63,747 nt of DNA, filler included, from Octopus bimaculoides (GCF_001194135.2; 6 parts of 6 records of this genome joined end to end with filler, not necessarily neighbours in it); one strand, 5' to 3'; shown: positions 49,991 through 63,747, numbered from the whole stretch's first letter. Program-made: numbers and translations. Notes: generated from the sequence alone by a model not told the origin.

Positions 49991-50363
49991 AAGAAGTTGG
50001 TGGAGCTGTAATAGTGGCGGGGTAGTGAATGACAGGGGAGGGGCCAGACAGATAATACTTGATTAAGATATTTAGCGTGAGCATGGGAGTGGATCAGAGG
50101 ATGATTATCAAAGAGTGAAAATATTAGAGAGAGAGAAGGGGATGAGAAGATAGGGAGAGAGAGAGAAAAGGAGGGGACAGACAGAACAAGAAAGGGAGAG
50201 TTTATAAGTATCTAAACAGGCGTTCATATAAGAATATTCTACGTATGTATGTGTGTATGTATGTATGTATGTATGTATGTTTGTATGTAAGTATGTTCGT
50301 GTGTATGTATGTATGTATGTATGTATGTATGTGTGTATGTGTGTGTATGTATGTATGTATGTA

Positions 50364-50394
<31 letters not shown>

Positions 50395-50924
50395 GTGTAT
50401 GTATGTGTGTGCATGTATGTATGTGTGTGTGTATGTATGTATTAATGTATGTCTGCTGCATGCATACATGTATATATGTATGTATGAAGGTATGTATGAA
50501 TTAATGTACGTACATCTATCTATCTATCTTTACACGCACATACACACATACACACATGCACACACGCATAGCCATGTATATACTCTTTATATATATNNNN
50601 NNNNNNNNNNNNNNNNNNNNNNNNNNNNNNNNNNNNNNNNTTAATTAATTAANNNNNNNNNNNNNNNNNNNNNNNNNNNNNNNNNNNNNNNNNNNNATAA
50701 TAATAATAATAATGATAATAATAATAATGATAATGATGATAATGATGATTATAATTTATGACATTAGCAAAAACCACAAATTTCGTGGGTTAGGAGGATA
50801 TGAATTGACAACTAGATCAGCCTCAGCTGAAATAATTCCATTTCTTTCACTATGCAAATACTTTCGACAAAAACTAAGAAGTTCACAAAAATATTGTTGT
50901 TTTGAACCTAGTTTGCTTAGAAAC

Positions 50925-51245
50925 AAGCACTGCAAGCATGGGACTTCAGGTTTAGCCCCCACTGCACGGCATCTTCGGAAAATGTCTTCTACTATAAGCC
51001 CCAGGCTAACTAATCAATGCCTTATGAATGAATTTAGAAGACGAAAAGTGTGCGGATGCCCACTGTACGTGCGCGTATGTGTGTGTGCGTCTTTCTGTTT
51101 GTGTTTGTCCCACAACAGCTTAACAATCGGTGCTAGTCTGTTTACATACTCGTAATCTAGCAGTTCAAAAGAGACCGATAGAATAGGTACAAGATTTTTC
51201 GTTTAAATAAGTACTAGAGTTGATTTATTCGTCTAAAACCTCTAA
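50925..51245 (+). mobile_element. Degenerate SINE family D
   Basis: Diverged head, (TG)-rich centre and GAGACCGATAGAATA. Confidence 0.65.
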
Positions 51246-52299
51246 GGTTTGTTTAAGGATGTTGAGCAAAACACCCATGTTTCCAAAGGTGAATTATTGA
51301 AACCCCAAAGAATTCCTCTCAACACATGGCTATGATGCTCCCCCACTACTTCTGCTCATGATCAGAGATGTACATATTGTCAGCCACCAAGGGCCATGCT
51401 GCAGGCAAGGACTGAAACAAGTGAAAGAAAAGAAATTAAGAGAGTTACTTAGAATCTAACCACAATGACAAGACGTCGAAAGAATCATAGAACCAAATGT
51501 TCTGGTAANNNNNNNNNNNNNNNNNNNNNNNNNNNNNNNNNNNNNNNNNNNNNNNNNNNNNNNNNNNNNNNNNNNNNNNNNNNNNNNNNNNNNNNNNNNN
51601 NNNNNNNNNNNNNNNNNNNNNNNNNNNNNNNNNNNNNNNNNNNNNNNNNNNNNNNNNNNNNNNNNNNNNNNNNNNNNNNNNNNNNNNNNNNNNNNNNNNN
51701 NNNNNNNNNNNNNNNNNNNNNNNNNNNNNNNNNNNNNNNNNNNNNNNNNNNNNNNNNNNNNNNNNNNNNNNNNNNNNNNNNNNNNNNNNNNNNNNNNNNN
51801 NNNNNNNNNNNNNNNNNNNNNNNNNNNNNNNNNNNNNNNNNNNNNNNNNNNNNNNNNNNNNNNNNNNNNNNNNNNNNNNNNNNNNNNNNNNNNNNNNNNN
51901 NNNNNNNNNNNNNNNNNNNNNNNNNNNNNNNNNNNNNNNNNNNNNNNNNNNNNNNNNNNNNNNNNNNNNNNNNNNNNNNNNNNNNNNNNNNNNNNNNNNN
52001 NNNNNNNNNNNNNNNNNNNNNNNNNNNNNNNNNNNNNNNNNNNNNNNNNNNNNNNNNNNNNNNNNNNNNNNNNNNNNNNNNNNNNNNNNNNNNNNNNNNN
52101 NNNNNNNNNNNNNNNNNNNNNNNNNNNNNNNNNNNNNNNNNNNNNNNNNNNNNNNNNNNNNNNNNNNNNNNNNNNNNNNNNNNNNNNNNNNNNNNNNNNN
52201 NNNNNNNNNNNNNNNNNNNNNNNNNNNNNNNNNNNNNNNNNNNNNNNNNNNNNNNNNNNNNNNNNNNNNNNNNNNNNNNNNNNNNNNNNNNNNNNNNNN

Positions 52300-52600
52300 G
52301 TTGTGAGTGTTCATTGAGCGAAAACACCTAAAGCTCCACGAGGCTCCGGCAGGGGATGGTGGCGAACCCTGCTGTACTCTTCCACCACAACTTTCTCTCA
52401 CTCTTATTTCCTGTTTCTGTTGTGCCTGTAGTTCGAAGGGTCAGCCTTGTCACACTGTGACACGCTGAATATCCCCGAGAACTACGTTAAGGGTACACGT
52501 GTCTGTGGAGTGCTCAGCCACTTGCACGTTAATTTCATGAGCAGGCTGTTCCGTTGATCGGATCAACTGGAACCCTCGACGTCGTAAGCGACGGAGTGCC
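52300..52600 (+). mobile_element. SINE family B (5' end in gap)
   Basis: Near identity to 32540-32840. Confidence 0.92.
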
Positions 52601-52714
52601 ACCCGTGGGAGAGAGTGAATAGCCATGTGGATAGAAAGATCGGTGGTTCGTAGCAAGCCAAAACCACTGCATTATGTCAGTGATTATTATACTTATTTTC
52701 ACCATTTCTTTTGG

Positions 52715-52872
52715 CTTTTTATGTTCTGAATTCAAATGCCACCGCGGTTGACTTTGCCTTTCATCCTTCAGGGTCGATAAAATAAGTGTCATTTGAGTGC
52801 AGTGGTCGATGTAATTAAGTGACCTCCTCCCACTAAATTTTGCTGGCCTTGTACCAAAATTTTAAACCATTA
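52715..52872 (+). mobile_element. SINE family A (5'-truncated)
   Basis: GTTGACTTTGCCTTTCATCCTTCAGGGTCGATAAAATAAG core. Confidence 0.82.
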
Positions 52873-54393
52873 TTACGCTTATTTTATCTCTAAATGACTT
52901 GGTCAGTTTACCTCTGAATATGTATCACAGATTGCAAAAACACCTCGCCGTTTAAGGTAGCGGTTGCAAATATTTAGACAACTTTTATATCTTCAAAAGT
53001 ATGAATAGGTGTTAAACTATCACACAGTAAATTGAAATGTCGCATTGAATAAAATTTGTGATTGAAGCATGTACTTGAAGTATCTATACTATAAAAGGCA
53101 AATCTACTCTGTGTGTGTGTATGTTTAAAATTCATACATTTACACAATTCAAAATTTCTTCTATTAAACAATCGCAATTAATATTCTAAATACAATAAGT
53201 TAGGTCACTGCGTCATTTTTTCATTCCAAAAATTTCCTAATAATGAATAACATCCGTAAAACTACAGAAGTAAACATTTTCTCCCTAATAAAATCTAATT
53301 TCCTCTTTNNNNNNNNNNNNNNNNNNNNNNNNNNNNNNNNNNNNNNNNNNNNNNNNNNNNNNNNNNNNNNNNNNNNNNNNNNNNNNNNNNNNNNNNNNNN
53401 NNNNNNNNNNNNNNNNNNNNNNNNNNNNNNNNNNNNNNNNNNNNNNNNNNNNNNNNNNNNNNNNNNNNNNNNNNNNNNNNNNNNNNNNNNNNNNNNNNNN
53501 NNNNNNNNNNNNNNNNNNNNNNNNNNNNNNNNNNNNNNNNNNNNNNNNNNNNNNNNNNNNNNNNNNNNNNNNNNNNNNNNNNNNNNNNNNNNNNNNNNNN
53601 NNNNNNNNNNNNNNNNNNNNNNNNNNNNNNNNNNNNNNNNNNNNNNNNNNNNNNNNNNNNNNNNNNNNNNNNNNNNNNNNNNNNNNNNNNNNNNNNNNNN
53701 NNNNNNNNNNNNNNNNNNNNNNNNNNNNNNNNNNNNNNNNNNNNNNNNNNNNNNNNNNGTAATGACAGATACTAAAAACTACATACAAAATTACTTTGTC
53801 CCTCTAAAATTAACTATTTCTATTCCTCTTACACATCGTTTCAATTGCTACTTTCTCTTATGAACGTTTACGAATGCTCCAAGAAAAAAGACAAAGAAAC
53901 GAAGGGGAGTGAGTGTCAAATAAACAGACACACTGCCAATCATACGTAAATACACACATATATATGTACCTATGGTTACCAATGACCTCATTCTAATTGG
54001 CGGGAATTATAAGTTTACTTTCCATTTCTAACACCGTCATTTACCAGTGAGACATCTTACTCAAATACGATCAACAAACATTTATTCCCTACAAACTGTG
54101 AGTTTTTTTTTTAACTAAGGATTACATTAAGTATACGCGTGTTTGTGTATCCAATTCAGCCACTTTCATACTAACACGAGTTATAATTCAATAACTAGTA
54201 AATCGAAACCGACAGAGATACATGCATTCATGTAAGCCTAAGCTTAAGCCTACATGAGTACATCGATGGCTTACCTGCTGTTGAATTTTTACATTAAATA
54301 TGTGCATTTTTTTCTTTTTATGTGGGTCATTATGCCTTATTATCATTTCTGATATATAAGTACCGGATGTACGATAATGCATCATATATATGT

Positions 54394-54435
<42 letters not shown>

Positions 54436-54584
54436 NNNNNNNNNNNNNNNNNNNNNNNNNNNNNNNNNNNNNNNNNNNNTTAATTAATTAANNNNNNNNN
54501 NNNNNNNNNNNNNNNNNNNNNNNNNNNNNNNNNNNACTCCCATGATCGCGTCTAATAAAAAAAAAATGAATATATTCATAATAA

Positions 54585-54870
54585 TAGTACTTATTCTATC
54601 GGTCTCTTTTTTTGCCGAACCGCTAAAGTTACGGGGGACGTAAACACACCAGCATCGGTTGTCAAGCGATGGCATGGCGAGGGGGGGGGACAAACACAGA
54701 CGCTGGTGTGTTTACGTCCCAGTAACTTAGCGGTTCGGCAAAAAAGAGACCGAAAGAATAAGTACTAGGCTTACAAAGAATAAGTCCTGGGGGTCGATTT
54801 GCTCGACTAAAGGCGGTGCTCCAGCATGGCCGCAGTCAAATGACTCAAAACAAGTAAAAGAGTAAAAGAG
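54585..54870. mobile_element. Two SINE family D halves joined in inverted orientation
   Basis: 54585-54653 is the reverse complement of 54702-54767 (about 90% by eye); the plus copy continues to the tail at 54870. Confidence 0.9.
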
Positions 54871-54889
54871 CAAGATCAGCTAAAATTAC

Positions 54890-55035
54890 ATAACTGTAAT
54901 CCATGTATGATCCATTGCCTCGTCGCCATAATCCTGCCGAAGCATGCTCAATGTCTCTGTAGCAGGCATCTCAAGTTTAACGCCAAAGTTTCATGTTCGC
55001 TCTGTGCTCCTGTCCATGACAAAAATCGGAGGCCA
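54890..55035 (-). mobile_element. Mariner transposase N-terminal fragment
   Basis: MDRSTERT*NFGVKLEMPATETLSMLRQDYGDEAM matches the mariner HTH start (KF-VKL-K-ATET--ML---YGDEA). Confidence 0.75.
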
Positions 55036-56489
55036 AAGCACACACGGAAGGTGACCCATTCCTTGTTGCTGTTTAGTCCCAGATGTTCCAGACATGAAAC
55101 ATCTTGTCATTTATTCAGACATAGTGTATCTAGGACTACATTTATCTAATGTTGCCTTCCTCTTTGCTGTTTTAGCACCAGGTCAATCCTGACGCAGCAG
55201 ATCTCTGATCACCTTTGATGATGGTGGTGGTAGCGATAACGATGGTTATGGTGATTTTGGTGGTGGTGGTGGTGGCAATGGCGGCGGTGGTGTCGGTGGT
55301 GGTGGTGGAAGTGGTGCTGGTTGTTGCGGTGATGGTCGTGATGTCATTGGTTGGAATATTTGTGGAAGTGGNNNNNNNNNNNNNNNNNNNNNNNNNNNNN
55401 NNNNNNNNNNNNNNNNNNNNNNNNNNNNNNNNNNNNNNNNNNNNNNNNNNNNNNNNNNNNNNNNNNNNNNNNNNNNNNNNNNNNNNNNNNNNNNNNNNNN
55501 NNNNNNNNNNNNNNNNNNNNNNNNNNNNNNNNNNNNNNNNNNNNNNNNNNNNNNNNNNNNNNNNNNNNNNNNNNNNNNNNNNNNNNNNNNNNNNNNNNNN
55601 NNNNNNNNNNNNNNNNNNNNNNNNNNNNNNNNNNNNNNNNNNNNNNNNNNNNNNNNNNNNNNNNNNNNNNNNNNNNNNNNNNNNNNNNNNNNNNNNNNNN
55701 NNNNNNNNNNNNNNNNNNNNNNNNNNNNNNNNNNNNNNNNNNNNNNNNNNNNNNNNNNNNNNNNNNNNNNNNNNNNNNNNNNNNNNNNNNNNNNNNNNNN
55801 NNNNNNNNNNNNNNNNNNNNNNNNNNNNNNNNNNNNNNNNNNNNNNNNNNNNNNNNNNNNNNNNNNNNNNNNNNNNNNNNNNNNNNNNNNNNNNNNNNNN
55901 NNNNNNNNNNNNNNNNNNNNNNNNNNNNNNNNNNNNNNNNNNNNNNNNNNNNNNNNNNNNNNNNNNNNNNNNNNNNNNNNNNNNNNNNNNNNNNNNNNNN
56001 NNNNNNNNNNNNNNNNNNNNNNNNNNGGGGGGGGGGGTTCATGATGGTTCAGAGCCGGAGAGGGGAGTAGAGAGAGATAGAAAGGGAGAGAGAAAGAGAG
56101 AGGGGGAAGGAGGAGGAAGACGATTGGGGGTGACGGCGGGGAAAGGTTAGGGGTGAAGGCGTGGTTTTATTGTTGTAGGGGTCACGGACTCCCAGATCCG
56201 TATTGTAAGGGTTAGTCTAGTGTGATATATTAAGTAGGGATCCGAAGGGGGTCGGTGTGGTGGTGGCAGTGGGGAGGGGGTGTATTGTGTGAGAGGTGTG
56301 TGTGTATGTGTGTGTGTGTGAGTGTGTACTCTGTGTGTGTGTTTCTGTAAGGGTGTGTGTATTGTGTATGTGTGCGTATTGCATACTTGTGTGTGTGTGT
56401 TTGTGTTTGTGCATGTGTGTATATTGTGTATGCATGTATAATTTTTGTGTATATTTTATGTGTGTATATGTATTTGTAAGACTGTTTGC

Positions 56490-56537
<48 letters not shown>

Positions 56538-57738
56538 TTTTGTGTGTATTATGTGTGTGTGAAAGCTGTGTGAATATGTAGGTATTATGTTATACGCGTG
56601 TGTATTGTGTGTGCGTGTGTAATATCTGTGTAGCGCTTGAATGTGTATTGTATGAGTGTAGTGTGTGTGTGTGTGTGTGTGTTGTGAGTATTTACTCTGT
56701 GTGTGTGTGTGTGTGTGTGCGTGAGCGTGTTGCACGCATTGTGTTTGTATGTGAGGTGTGTGTGCGATTTGCGTGTGTACTGGGTATATATTGTGTATTG
56801 AATGTGTGGTAGGTGGAAGAAAAGGGGGTGAGGGAGTGGGTGGGGGTGAACTGAGAGGGAGAGGTGGGGAGAAACGGGGAGTGTGAGGATAAGGCAGAAG
56901 AGGGTTACATAGGTACAAGGTGAGAGGAGGGGACGGGAGAGGGGCGGAAAGAAAGAAAGAAAGAAAGAAAGAAGAGATGAGGGAAATAATGAATCATTTT
57001 GAGATAATAGACATATAGGTATCGTCTCCACCATCATCAATATCATCATCATCATCATAATATTCATCATCACCAGCATCATCACCGTCATCATTATCAT
57101 CATCATCATAATCATTATCGTCGCCGTCATCATCCCCTTCACTATCTTCGCTACCACCACCACCGCCACAACAAGTACCATCACCACCGATATCATCAAC
57201 GTCATCATTGTCACGACCATTAACGACATACATACATACATTTGTTTGTGTGTGTATGTGCATATGTATCTCTCCCTCTCTATATATATGTCTGTGTGTG
57301 TGTGTACATATATATATGTCAGCAACGTTTTCGTTTGAAATCTTGTATCCCTGCTGTAAGGCTTTATTTCCATATACGGCAGCTTAATTTAATTCATCCT
57401 TTGTCGAAAGAAACCTGTTGTGATGTCCTGTTTTATTATTTTTATTGTATTTGTGTAACATTGTTCGTTTCTTTCCGTCCTTGTTTTTGTATACATTCGC
57501 TGCTTTCTTCCAAGGAATCTAATGCTCTTAGCTTAGTTTTTCCTTGGGGCTGGCCTGATTGGAGCAATATCGAGAGTAACCAGCCGAAATTGCAAAGATA
57601 ATCTGGATCTCGACTGATGAAAGAAAACTCCAAATAACCTGTCCTTGTTTTCTTTGTGTCGTCTATCTGTATGTTTTATCCCTTTCTCGTATCACATAAC
57701 TGTCTGGATGTTTTGCTTCCTTGTCCCATTTTGTATTT

Positions 57739-57784
<46 letters not shown>

Positions 57785-59110
57785 CCCAACAAACCACACA
57801 TATACGAACATACTTACACACATAGAGCTACGCACACACACGCACATGCACTGTAACGTGGATCTACACAGATTTTTATCAAAAAGAAAAACAAAAAATA
57901 CTAATTAAATTAAAAGTAAACTTCAAAAACATAGATTAAAACACACACACACTCACACACACACACACACACACACACATGCACACAACACAAAAAACAC
58001 ATAATCACGCACATAGATCTCCATTCACACATACATACATACATACATACATACATACATACACATCCCACACAATCTGAAATACACACAAAACGCACAC
58101 ACATATCTCCGTTACACACATACACACTTCACAAGCATCTCAACGTACACACACGAACGCATCACATGTCCCACAAGTACTCTTTCAAATCGTCCAACTT
58201 ATCCCACCAAACCCTCTCTCCTCTCCCTAATTCTCCCTGCTTTTGTTTTTGTTTGTTTGGTTTTTTTTAAATATATATTTGACTCCCCCCACCCCACCCC
58301 AATCATTATTTACATAAGTTTGTTTGATTCATTCTTGTTAAAAATTTTGTTTAAAAAAACGCCAAAACATAACAAAAATTCGCTCAAATAAAGCAAAGAA
58401 ACTAATACGTTAAACGAATGTTTACGTACGTTTTTTTTTTTGCGAGCTGTTTCTTTTAACATTTTTACGTTTTTCTCAAAGTTTCATTTTTTACGTGTTT
58501 TTATTACATTTTCTCTTTTATCAGGGAGTTTTTTTTACAAGGGTTTTTTTTTTTTTCACGTTTTGCTTCTGTGTGTCAACTTTTGTTGTCTTGTTTTGTT
58601 TTTAGTATAGTCTTCTCGTATTTGTTGCTGTTGTTTTTATGGCGGAGTGGGGGAGTATTTTGTTTTTGCTAAATATATTGTAGTCTTGTGTTGCTAATTG
58701 TCGTGTTGTTTTGGAGGGGTTTTTTTTTTTTTGCAAAAGAATAGGAGAATTTTAGAAGCNNNNNNNNNNNNNNNNNNNNNNNNNNNNNNNNNNNNNNNNN
58801 NNNNNNNNNNNNNNNNNNNNNNNNNNNNNNNNNNNNNNNNNNNNNNNNNNNNNNNNNNNNNNNNNNNNNNNNNNNNNNNNNNNNNNNNNNNNNNNNNNNN
58901 NNNNNNNNNNNNNNNNNNNNNNNNNNNNNNNNNNNNNNNNNNNNNNNNNNNNNNNNNNNNNNNNNNNNNNNNNNNNNNNNNNNNNNNNNNNNNNNNNNNN
59001 NNNNNNNNNNNNNNNNNNNNNNNNNNNNNNNNNNNNNNNNNNNNNNNNNNNNNNNNNNNNNNNNNNNNNNNNNNNNNNNNNNNNNNNNNNNNNNNNNNNN
59101 NNNNNNNNNN

Positions 59111-59181
<71 letters not shown>

Positions 59182-59349
59182 CTATCTATATGTATGTATA
59201 TATATATATATATATATGTATATCTATCTATATATATGTACATATATATATATATATATACATAAAACCATACATATATATGTATATATATATATATATA
59301 TATGTACATATATTACACACATATGATGTTAGTATAGCATTTTTTTTAT

Positions 59350-59903
59350 TTCATTCGTTATCATCATCATCATCATCATCACCATCATCATTATGATTAT
59401 TGGTTAATATGGCTTCTGATATTGCAGTTTGTTGTTGTTGATACTGTTGTTACTATTTATGACGTAACTTGTTGTTGTTGTTGTTGTTGTTAGCGATAGT
59501 AATAGTAGTAGAACCAGCAGGTGCCGCAGCAGAAACTAAAACAACACCAACAACAACAATATGGCGGGTCGTGGTGGTGATGGTGGTGGTGGTGGTGGTA
59601 ATAGTAGTAGCAGCAGCAGCAGTAGTCGTAGTCGTAGTAGTAGTAGTAGTAGTAGTTCTTTCTAGTATAGGCACAATGCATAACGATGATACCGATAATG
59701 ATGATGATGATGATGATGATGATGACGATGACGATGATTTCATTAGCCAGAGGGTCAAAGATGAGGAGGACAATAGTAACACTTTGTTATCAGAGTAAGA
59801 ATAATGACGATGAAATAATGAGACTAATGATAATAATAACAACAGCAACAACAACAACAACAACAACAATTATAATAATAATATTGACAATAATAACAAG
59901 AAC

Positions 59904-59953
<50 letters not shown>

Positions 59954-60014
59954 GAAATAAAGATTGATAATCGTGGTTTCTTTCGTTTGCCAAAGGGGTG
60001 GCAGCAGCAGTAGC

Positions 60015-60064
<50 letters not shown>

Positions 60065-60196
60065 CAGTAGTAACAATAGTAGTGGTTTTAGTAGTAGTAG
60101 TAGTGGTAGTAGTGGTAGTAGTAGCAGTAGTAGTAGTAGTAGTGGTAGTAGTAGTAGTGGTGGTAGTAGTGGTGGTAGTAGTAGTAGTAGTGGTTT

Positions 60197-60235
<39 letters not shown>

Positions 60236-61114
60236 TAGTAATAGTGGTTACTGTTGGAGTAGGAGTAGCGGTCGTTGTCGTAGTTTTAGTGATGGTGGTG
60301 ATTGTTGTAGTAGTAGTAGTCGTAGTAGTAGGAGCATCCGTGGTAGAGGTGGAAGTGGTAGTAGAATTTGTAGTAGAGATCGTGGTAGTAGTAGCAGCAG
60401 TAGTAGTAGTAGTAGTAGTAGTAGTAGCAGTAGTAGCAGTAGTAAGAGGAGGAGGACGACGACGACGACGATGATGGCTGGTAGGAGTTGTAGTGGTTGT
60501 AGAAGTGGTGGTGGTGGTGGTGGCGGCGGTGGTAGTGTTTGTTTTGCTCTCTGTTTACGGAGGAGTGTTGATAGTTTTGGTGACAAGGGCCCCTATTATT
60601 AAATATCAAACAGCGAACNNNNNNNNNNNNNNNNNNNNNNNNNNNNNNNNNNNNNNNNNNNNNNNNNNNNNNNNNNNNNNNNNNNNNNNNNNNNNNNNNN
60701 NNNNNNNNNNNNNNNNNNNNNNNNNNNNNNNNNNNNNNNNNNNNNNNNNNNNNNNNNNNNNNNNNNNNNNNNNNNNNNNNNNNNNNNNNNNNNNNNNNNN
60801 NNNNNNNNNNNNNNNNNNNNNNNNNNNNNNNNNNNNNNNNNNNNNNNNNNNNNNNNNNNNNNNNNNNNNNNNNNNNNNNNNNNNNNNNNNNNNNNNNNNN
60901 NNNNNNNNNNNNNNNNNNNNNNNNNNNNNNNNNTGGTGGTGGTGGGTAAGGTGATGGTGACGCTTGTAATAGTAGTATAGAGTAGCAGTGGTGATGGTAG
61001 CGGTGGTAATGGTGGATACGGTGGACATGGTGGTGGCGGTAGTAGTAGTAGTAGTGGTGGTGGTGGTGCCGGTAGTTACTTGTAGCGTTAATGATGATGA
61101 TATCGATGAGGATG

Positions 61115-61146
<32 letters not shown>

Positions 61147-61150
61147 CATG
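59350..61150. repeat. Compound trinucleotide low-complexity block (GTA, GGT, GAT, AAT, GTT)
   Basis: Directly visible. It is the source of the poly-S/V/I/D pseudo-ORFs. Confidence 0.95.
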
Positions 61151-61359
61151 ATGACAGTAACCTCAGCCAGATATATGGGCTGAGATGAAGCTATCCCTTA
61201 AAATGTGTGACAGAGGCGGCCATCATATGAATTGCCCGTCTACCGATTGATATTCGTGCCCCACAACCCCCTGCCCTGCCCTGCTCTGTTTTGCCTGGTC
61301 TACCATGTCCTATGCTACACGACCTCTCTGACCAGATTTCAGTGTTTAAATGTCTCGTT

Positions 61360-61423
<64 letters not shown>

Positions 61424-61730
61424 AATTCGAGGATGTTAGATCCACATTAGTGATTATATAATCCGAAAAATTCCACTGTTTAATCACGTTCATATAATCA
61501 CTTTTTTGTATGCATCCTTTCAAGACATATGTAAACCTTTGTTCTATAAGCTCATAAAATCGCTGACAAGATTCTGCCTCATATTGTTGAAGATGATACC
61601 AATTCTTTGCATATAACCAAATGCTTTGAATTACGTATCGACTAGGGGCATGAACCGAAACATATATGTAGGTTTCTCGCACCTACCGTTTCTCTTTTAG
61701 CTTTACAACTTATATTTATATTGCTGCTAT

Positions 61731-62026
61731 TGGGAAAGACTTAAGAGATTAAGACTCTATTCCTTAGAGCGTAGGCGAGAAAGATATGCCATAATATACA
61801 TCTGGAAGATCCTCGAAGGAATTGTCCCAAACTTTGGCATCGAAAGTTACACAAATGAAAGAACTGGACGCCATTGCATAGTGACAAGGACTCCAAATTT
61901 GCCATCAAGATGTAGGACAAGATACTGCAATAGCCTGGGCTTCAGAGGTCCACAGCTCTTCAATATCATCCCGAAGGACCTGAGAGACCTGCATGGGGTG
62001 GATGTAGGTGTCTTCAAGATGAGGCT
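61731..62026 (+). mobile_element. CR1/L2-group LINE RT C-terminal fragment
   Basis: WERLKRLRLYSLERRRERYAIIYIWKILEGIVPNFGI...RGPQLFNIIPKDLR...FKMRL. Confidence 0.82.
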
Positions 62027-62129
62027 NNNNNNNNNNNNNNNNNNNNNNNNNNNNNNNNNNNNNNNNNNNNTTAATTAATTAANNNNNNNNNNNNNNNNNN
62101 NNNNNNNNNNNNNNNNNNNNNNNNNNATA

Positions 62130-63075
62130 TATATAGTGGAGGGGGATGCTCCTAGAGAGTAACTGTGAGAATAAGATTAGGCTGGGCATAGTTCAGACAG
62201 CTCCACCTCTGCTGGCAACAAAGGGCCTCTCTCTCAGAATGAAAAGCAGATTGTTTGATGCCTGCGTGTGAACAGTTATGCTGCATGGCAGTGAAACAAA
62301 GGTTGTGACTGTCGAGTACGTGTAGGTTTGATAGAAATGAAACAGGTATGCTTCGCTGGATGTGCAATGTTAGTGTGCATGTTCGACAGAGTGCAAGCAT
62401 CTTGAGAGAAAAGTTAGACATAAGAGGCATCAGATGTGGGATGCAAGAGAAACGACTGCGCTGGTATGGACATGTGATGCGTATGGATGAGGACAGCTGT
62501 GTCAAGAAGTGCCAATCTCTAACTGTGGAGGGAACCTGTGGTAGAGGTAGACCCAGGAAGACATGGAGCGAGGTGCTGAAGCATGCTGTTCGAAATTTGA
62601 GCCTCATAGAGGCGATGACTAGTGACCGAGACCTTTGGCGATGTGCTGCGCTTGAGAGGACCCGCAGAGCCAAGTGCACCCGTGCTGATGGCACGTAGAG
62701 AATACCTTTCGAGCGTTGGGCCTCACGGAGGAAAAGTGGCTGAGTTCCTTTTGAGTGATAGGCTTCATGGAGGAAATGACCGAGACCTTTGGCATTATGC
62801 CGTGCTTAAGAAGACCCATCAGACCGAGTAAAATCGCAGTTGTGTTAGATACTGGTGTCACCCAAATCGTCACCCGTGCCGGTGGCACGTAAAAGCACCC
62901 TGGTGTCATGTAAATGACACTCATTACACTCTCGTAGTGGTTGGCGTGAGGAAGGGCATCCAGGCGTAGATAACCATGCCAAATCAGAGTGGAGTCTGGT
63001 GCAGCCTTCCAGTGTGCCAGTCCAGTCGAACCGTCCAACCCATACCAGCATAAGCAACGGACATTAAATGATGAT
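62130..63075 (+). mobile_element. RTE-clade LINE 3' fragment
   Basis: LSLRMKSRLFDACV*TVMLHGSET...MLRWMCNV...RLRWYGHVMRMDEDSCVKK...GRGRPRKTWSE, then a 3' UTR ending in TGATGAT. Confidence 0.92.
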
Positions 63076-63435
63076 AATCTCTCTCTCTCTCTCTGTATAT
63101 ACATTATGCACGCACACACGCATTGCTATTGTTGAGTTCTTTCATTTCCAAGCACAAGCGTATATCGCCTTTATGCCCGTCTTTTCATAAGTACCAGTAC
63201 ATCTAGTTTTTATTTCAATCTGACACGAATGCATTTTCTTCTACATTCGTTTGTTATCTATTTCCAGTCTAATACGTGCCAACCATAGCCATCACCACTG
63301 GTTTACAAGTTCTGGTGTCAATCCAGCCATTATCTCAAAAGTGCTGTATCCTACTTCATCTTTGTCTACATCTATTTATCTTTAAGATGCTTTTAATCTA
63401 GTCTTGAAAATCTGTTTTATCCCTACTTCTTACGA

Positions 63436-63635
63436 AGGTAGTGAGATGGCACAATCATCAGCGCATTCCTTCCGACGCTTCACGTTCCCAGTTCAAATCC
63501 ACTCCGCCTTCTATCCTTTTGGGGTTGATAAAGCGATAAAATGGGTACCAGTTTAGTACTGAGGTCGATATTATCGTCTAAATGCCCCACTCTACCTAAA
63601 ATTAATGACCTTGTGCCAAAATTTGAAGCCATTCT
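63436..63635 (+). mobile_element. Degenerate SINE family A
   Basis: CCTTCTATCCTTTTGGGGTTGATAAA...GTACCAG...CCTTGTGCCAAAATTTGAA. Confidence 0.7.
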
Positions 63636-63664
63636 TATTCATTATCAGTTTTTTCCCCTCTCTT

Positions 63665-63711
<47 letters not shown>

Positions 63712-63747
63712 GGGGACAGACAGACGTGACTGTGTGTGTGTGTGTGT

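Noticed and set aside
59964-60602. Poly-Ser/Val/His-Thr/Tyr-Ile ORFs throughout the window
   Set aside because: They are translations of di-, tri- and tetranucleotide microsatellites with no coding signal.
61422-61682. 86-aa minus ORF (…IQSIWLYAKNWYHLQQY…)
   Set aside because: No recognisable domain or convincing splice sites; only vague similarity to transposase C-termini.

Overview
AT-rich, microsatellite-dense eukaryotic DNA with many N gaps. The SINE/LINE repertoire looks like octopus/coleoid cephalopod (inference from recall, not a database match). The only host gene I can support is a minus-strand MLCK/Sqa-type Ser/Thr kinase. It has three phase-compatible coding exons (12825-12732, 9112-8909, 6946-6805) reading LENTFDASGVTIKTDLWVTDNYEISDVLLGRGKFGEV...HLDMK; its other exons are not visible. 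The rest is intronic or intergenic and filled with decayed mobile DNA: maT/mariner, R4/Dong-like, RTE, CR1-like, Penelope-like and four tRNA-type SINE families. The main discovery is about 11 hammerhead-ribozyme (HHR) motifs in at least three repeat families. A 355-nt tandem unit at 35.5-36.4 kb (two minus copies plus one inverted copy) has a consensus that is a complete type I HHR with a long bulged helix I, i.e. a candidate cephalopod non-LTR retrozyme. A second family has one copy with a fully intact catalytic core (18082-18162, minus). All structures were paired by eye; no folding or database search was run.
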